Origin: a bacterium
Lineage (GTDB): Bacteria > UBA8248
Direction: 5' to 3'
NCBI GenBank assembly: GCA_965213685.1
Contig: CBDBZY010000010.1
Span: forward strand, 1 to 53,558
DNA: 53,558 nucleotides
Positions 49,549 to 53,558 of the stretch are shown in pieces (the stretch's first letter is position 1; every line of letters begins with the position of its first letter). The notes under the pieces were generated by a model, which saw only the letters and a program-made list of their open reading frames with translations, did not search any database and was not told the DNA's origin. Position numbers and translations under genes: made by a program.

Positions 49549-50667
49549 TTACTTGAAGCGCTTGATGAAGCTCGCGCGCACCTTTTTAAACTGCTTCTGC
49601 GCACCCACCCAGTCCTTCAGGCCCAGCAGCTTGTGCTTGCTGAGGTCGAGGAGATAGGGCTTCACGGCGGCGGGCGGCGTGTAGTTCGCGCGGAAGCTGT
49701 AGACGGCTTCGCCTTCCACATAGACGTCGGTGCCCTCTTTGGAGAGCAGGAAGTCTATCAACAGTTTGCCGGCGTTGGGGTTCGGCGCGCCGTTCAGCAC
49801 GGCCGCCTGGTTGCCGAGCATGACCTGGCCTTCCTTGTAGTAGCCGATCTTGATGATCTTCGAGAGGTCGGGCTTCTTGATGACGTTCTGCCACACGCGG
49901 CCGGAGATGTTCCAGGGGTCGAGGCCGCGCTCGCAGTTGATGAGCACCTGCATCTTCGGCTCCGTGCGGAACATGACGACGGGCTTGGTGGCCTTCAGGG
50001 CGTCCCAGTATTTCTCCATGTCCATGCCGTTTTCGATGAGCGAGATCACGGTGTTCGTGTAGGTGAAGCTCTTGGTGATGTCGCCGGCGATGGTCTTGCC
50101 CATCACGTTCTTGGCGATGGTGTCTTTGTAGGACGTGACGTTGATGTCCTTCATGCCCGGGCAGGCGCTGTTCCACACCGGCTGGAACGTATAGGCCAGG
50201 GGCGTGACGACGTAGGGATAGTTCGCGTACTGGCCGGCGTTCTTGATCGTCGCCGCGAAGTGCGCGTTCCATTCCGGGGCGTCGAGCTTGTGGTACGCGC
50301 CGCGCTTATGCGCCGCCGCGAAGAAGCCGGGCGCGCTCACGACGTGCACGTCGACGGTGAATTTCTGGGCCCGCATCTCCTGGCGCACCTGGGAGACGGT
50401 GGCGCCGGTGCCCTTGCGCACGTTGCGGAACTTGAAGTCGCTGCCGAGGCCGTACTTTTTGACGAACGCCGGCCCCATGCGCTTGGCCGTCCGGTCGCTG
50501 AACAGGGGGTTGAGGAGGGTGACGGCGCCCTCTTTCTTCGCCGCGCGCACGAGCGCCTCCTGCCCTTTCGTCATGGCGGCGGCCGCGGGCGTCCCCGACG
50601 CGAAGACGGCGAGCGCCGCGACGGCGGCGATGATGCCAAAGTAGCGGACGAGGTATTTCATCATCAT
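49549..50667 (-). CDS. ABC substrate-binding protein (Fe3+/polyamine/thiamine-type)
   Basis: Signal peptide, AAKKEGAV, APNPNAGKLLIDFLLSKEG. AAGGAG RBS. Confidence 0.9.
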   Translation of the reverse strand: MMMKYLVRYFGIIAAVAALAVFASGTPAAAAMTKGQEALVRAAKKEGAVTLLNPLFSDRTAKRMGPAFVKKYGLGSDFKFRNVRKGTGATVSQVRQEMRAQKFTVDVHVVSAPGFFAAAHKRGAYHKLDAPEWNAHFAATIKNAGQYANYPYVVTPLAYTFQPVWNSACPGMKDINVTSYKDTIAKNVMGKTIAGDITKSFTYTNTVISLIENGMDMEKYWDALKATKPVVMFRTEPKMQVLINCERGLDPWNISGRVWQNVIKKPDLSKIIKIGYYKEGQVMLGNQAAVLNGAPNPNAGKLLIDFLLSKEGTDVYVEGEAVYSFRANYTPPAAVKPYLLDLSKHKLLGLKDWVGAQKQFKKVRASFIKRFK

Positions 50668-51322
50668 CGAAAATCTCCTTATTGCGTGAAAGTGCGGGGG
50701 CAGGCCCCCCATCGGTAAAGAGTCTGGCCATTTTACAAACTGAAGCAATCTTCAGTGACGAAATGCAGACAACGGAATCCGCAATAGCAGCGTCATTTTA
50801 TCAATGTCGCTCATGCCGCTTTTTTGCCGCCAACTAGGCCAACTAGAATATAAGGCAAAATAACAGATTTTTCATATCTGTCAATTGCGCTTTTGTCTGC
50901 TGGCAAAAACGCGGAGCCGATATTATCGGATTTTTTCTTTCTGCCTGCGGGTCCTGCGAGCGCTTGGCGATGGCGCGCGGGGTAGGGTCCCAATCCCTGG
51001 CGGGCGGGGAGGGGTCGGAAAAATCTCCCGGGATGGCCCGGCGGGCGGAAAATCCGTCGGGCTCTTCCGCCTGCGACTCTCTTCATTGCACCGGCAAGTT
51101 GCCTATCGTATCATCGAGGGCGTGCTGGATGCTCCTTGCATATCCACCGGAAAACGGCCATGGGGGGCGCGTCCCCTGCCCGCACTCCCCCCGCGAGCGG
51201 CGCCTCAGGTGGGATTCGCGCGCCCCGATTCGCGCAAGAGACGATGGTCCCTAGGCGGTGCGGCCCGCCTCTTCATTCTTCGCCGCCGTGAAGTTTCAAA
51301 CGCTGGAAACTGAGGATTTCTG

Positions 51323-52153
51323 TTGAACGCCAAACCAGACGGCGCCTCCCTCATACAAACCCACCGGCTGGAAGCCCCGCCGGGTTCGCTCATGACGCAC
51401 GTCATGGTGATTCTCGTCGGGCAGGGGCCCCACATCCTTTTCGACGCCGGGTACCGGGAGTGCGCTCCCGAGATGCTCTCCTGGGTGGAGGCGCGGACCG
51501 GGGGCGCTTTGGAGATGCTCGTTCTCACCCACCATCACTTTGACCATGCGGGCGGTGCGCGCGCGGCCTGCGAGCGATTCGGCACGAGTGCCTACGCCCA
51601 CCCGCTGGAGATGGAACTCCTCGCGGAGGAGCAGCCGGGGCTGGCGGTCTCCCCGATTCGGGAGGGAGAGGTCATCGAGGTGGGGCGGATGCGCTGGGAG
51701 GCCATCCTGACGCCGGGGCATTCTCCGGGGCATCTCGCTTTCTGGTGGGAGGATGAGAAAATTCTTCTGGGGGGAGACAACATTCTGCTTCCCTCGACGA
51801 CGGCGGTGGTGGCGCCGAAGGGGAACCTGGGCGATTATCTCGCGTCGCTGGAAAGGGTGAAGAACCTCGCCCCCCGCCTCGTATATCCCGGCCACGGCCC
51901 GGTGATAGAGGACCCCGTCGGCAGGATTGACGCGCTTCTGGAGCACCGCAGGATGCGCGACGCGCAGTATCTCGAGGCGTTGGGCGCCGGGCATGATACG
52001 CCCGCCAAGATCGCCGACCTGGTGTATCGGGACTTGCCGGAGCGCCAGAGAAGCCTGGGCGCCCGGGTGATAGCGCTGCACCTGGCGAGATTCGTCGAAG
52101 CCGGGGAGGTGGATTGCGCGAACGGGCGCTATGCGCTGGCGAGGCCGCTCTGA
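51323..52153 (+). CDS. MBL-fold metallo-hydrolase (LACTB2-like, with C-terminal winged helix)
   Basis: THHHFDH, TPGHSPGH, GD, PGHG. Confidence 0.9.
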   Translation: MNAKPDGASLIQTHRLEAPPGSLMTHVMVILVGQGPHILFDAGYRECAPEMLSWVEARTGGALEMLVLTHHHFDHAGGARAACERFGTSAYAHPLEMELLAEEQPGLAVSPIREGEVIEVGRMRWEAILTPGHSPGHLAFWWEDEKILLGGDNILLPSTTAVVAPKGNLGDYLASLERVKNLAPRLVYPGHGPVIEDPVGRIDALLEHRRMRDAQYLEALGAGHDTPAKIADLVYRDLPERQRSLGARVIALHLARFVEAGEVDCANGRYALARPL

Positions 52154-52166
52154 GGAGGCGGGGTTT

Positions 52167-52976
52167 TTGCTCACGAACTGCCATACTTTGATTCTGCGGG
52201 CGCTGCTGGAGCGCCACCCGGACATGCCCCATCCCGGGGATGACGCCTACGTGTACAACGTGGCTCCCGACTCCCTGCCCCTGTCGGGAGAGTTCCGTCC
52301 CAGGCAGACCCACCGGTTCGCCCCGCCGGCCGGGGCCATGGGACGATTCCCGAAACTCCTGTGGGTGAAATGCCATCTGGTGGTCGATAACATCTGCCAC
52401 TACGGAACCATCGCCAAGGCGGCGGGCGGGCTGTCTCCGGCGCAGAAGGGGGGATACGCCTACCGCAAGGGAGCCGCGCTCATCCCGCTGTTGCGCGAAT
52501 TCACCGAACGGATGGGCGTCTCGACCGACGAGGCGAGCCTCCACTACCTCGCGCATGTCCTGGTGGAGATTGCGGTGGACTACGCCATATATCTTGACGA
52601 CAGAACGGTGGCGGAGCAGCTGCGCGACGCGCAACGAGCCATGGACGACGCCCGGAGCAGGGAATACGCGCAAAGCCTCGCCGCCTTGTATGGGTGCGCG
52701 CCGGAAAAAGTCGAGCGCGCGCGCCATGCGCCCAGAAGATTCTATGGCGACCTCCATGATATCGACAACCTGTTCCTGGGGGGACGAACGAAGATCGTCT
52801 TGCGGAAGCTGCGCCTCCCCTTCAGCGCGGAGAACACGAGGCGGACGTGCCGCCTCATCGAGGAGGGGGCGCGGATGACGGGAGATTACCTGCGCTTCAT
52901 CGATGAGTCCGTGGACGCCCTCTCGGACTGGGAGGCGTGGCGTGGCGAGGCCGCCATGGAGGGCGAGAGCGCCTGA
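52167..52976 (+). CDS. hypothetical helical protein with a Zn-dependent phospholipase C/P1-nuclease-like ligand pattern
   Basis: N-terminal H (TNCH), NVAPD, TH, CHLVVDNICH, HVLVEIAVD. TTG start with GAGGAGG RBS. Confidence 0.55.
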   Translation: MLTNCHTLILRALLERHPDMPHPGDDAYVYNVAPDSLPLSGEFRPRQTHRFAPPAGAMGRFPKLLWVKCHLVVDNICHYGTIAKAAGGLSPAQKGGYAYRKGAALIPLLREFTERMGVSTDEASLHYLAHVLVEIAVDYAIYLDDRTVAEQLRDAQRAMDDARSREYAQSLAALYGCAPEKVERARHAPRRFYGDLHDIDNLFLGGRTKIVLRKLRLPFSAENTRRTCRLIEEGARMTGDYLRFIDESVDALSDWEAWRGEAAMEGESA

Positions 52977-53269
52977 GCTCCCCTCCGCCTCTCCTCCTCT
53001 TCCCGGCGCGCATCGGCCCGGCACCCGTCGGATGCGGGCGGGAGGTGATTCCCCAAACGCCCGCACGGCGTCTTTCATGGAGCGTTTCCGGAGCCCGTTC
53101 CGGAGCGGTCCTGGACATATGGCGGGCCGTTTCCTCCTCCTCCGCGCGCCGGCGTCCTGGCGTGGCGATTCGTCGGGCCGCTACTGGGGCGGATTTTCGA
53201 GGCTGCTTGACGGCGTCTCCCGCCCGAAACGATAATCCGCACGGGAGAAGAGAATCGGGGGAGGGGTCG

Positions 53270-53558
53270 ATGACTGCGTTTGAAACCTGGTCGCTGTGGC
53301 TGTCGGCGGCCTCGGTGCTTGTCGCCGCCGGCGTCGGCGTCGGTCAGATATGGGTGTTTGTGCACGGCATCAAAATGATGAGCCGCGCCTCGGCCGCCAG
53401 AAACGAGGAACACGAGCGCCGACACGAAGAGGTGATGGACCAAAACAGCAAGCAGCACGCCGAGGCCATGCGGAAGCATGAGGAAACCATGCGGAGGCAT
53501 GACGAAGCGATGGTCGAGGCTGCTCGGAGACATGATGAGGCGATGGTCGCCCTCCAGG
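53270..53558 (+). CDS. membrane-anchored His/Glu/Met-repeat coiled-coil protein; truncated by window end
   Basis: MTAFETWSLWLSAASVLVAAGVGVGQIWVFVHGIKMM...RRHEEVM..KQHAEAMRKHEETMRRHDEAM..RRHDEAM. GGAGG RBS and TTGACG-N18-GATAAT at 53207-53236. Absent from the ORF track. Confidence 0.75.
   Translation, partial: MTAFETWSLWLSAASVLVAAGVGVGQIWVFVHGIKMMSRASAARNEEHERRHEEVMDQNSKQHAEAMRKHEETMRRHDEAMVEAARRHDEAMVALQ

Overview
Chromosomal window of a high-GC bacterium (about two-thirds GC by eye) with about 55 genes. I found no rRNA, tRNA, CRISPR array, transposase or integrase. In order it contains: (i) a minus-strand cluster of two unrelated ATP-grasp ligases flanking a DUF1611-type P-loop protein, followed by an Npt1/TLC-like transporter cut off by the window edge, which is the best candidate for an undescribed system; (ii) a divergent Dpp-type peptide importer lacking ATPases and coupled to a histone-deacetylase-family hydrolase; (iii) degP-copA-copZ; (iv) the DUF3090 + SCO1664 kinase-like pair; (v) a catabolic block (Ldh_2 dehydrogenases, a split UxaA/SuyAB-like lyase, Zn-ADH, SDRs) resembling C3-sulfonate or sugar-acid degradation; (vi) a low-GC single-gene islet; (vii) a delta-9-type desaturase with a LEA/apolipoprotein-like tail; (viii) ilvC; (ix) a full ccm operon with a Cys-type CcmE (CPSKF) and an unannotated ccmD; (x) a stand-alone pesticin-type muramidase; (xi) an Fe3+/polyamine-family ABC importer with two ATPases and a CapA-family phosphoesterase; (xii) an MBL hydrolase plus a Zn-PLC-like pair and a truncated His/Met-repeat membrane protein. 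About 16 single-base frameshifts, 11 of them between 6.6 and 10.9 kb, are most likely long-read errors. All family calls come from motif recognition by eye, not from database searches.
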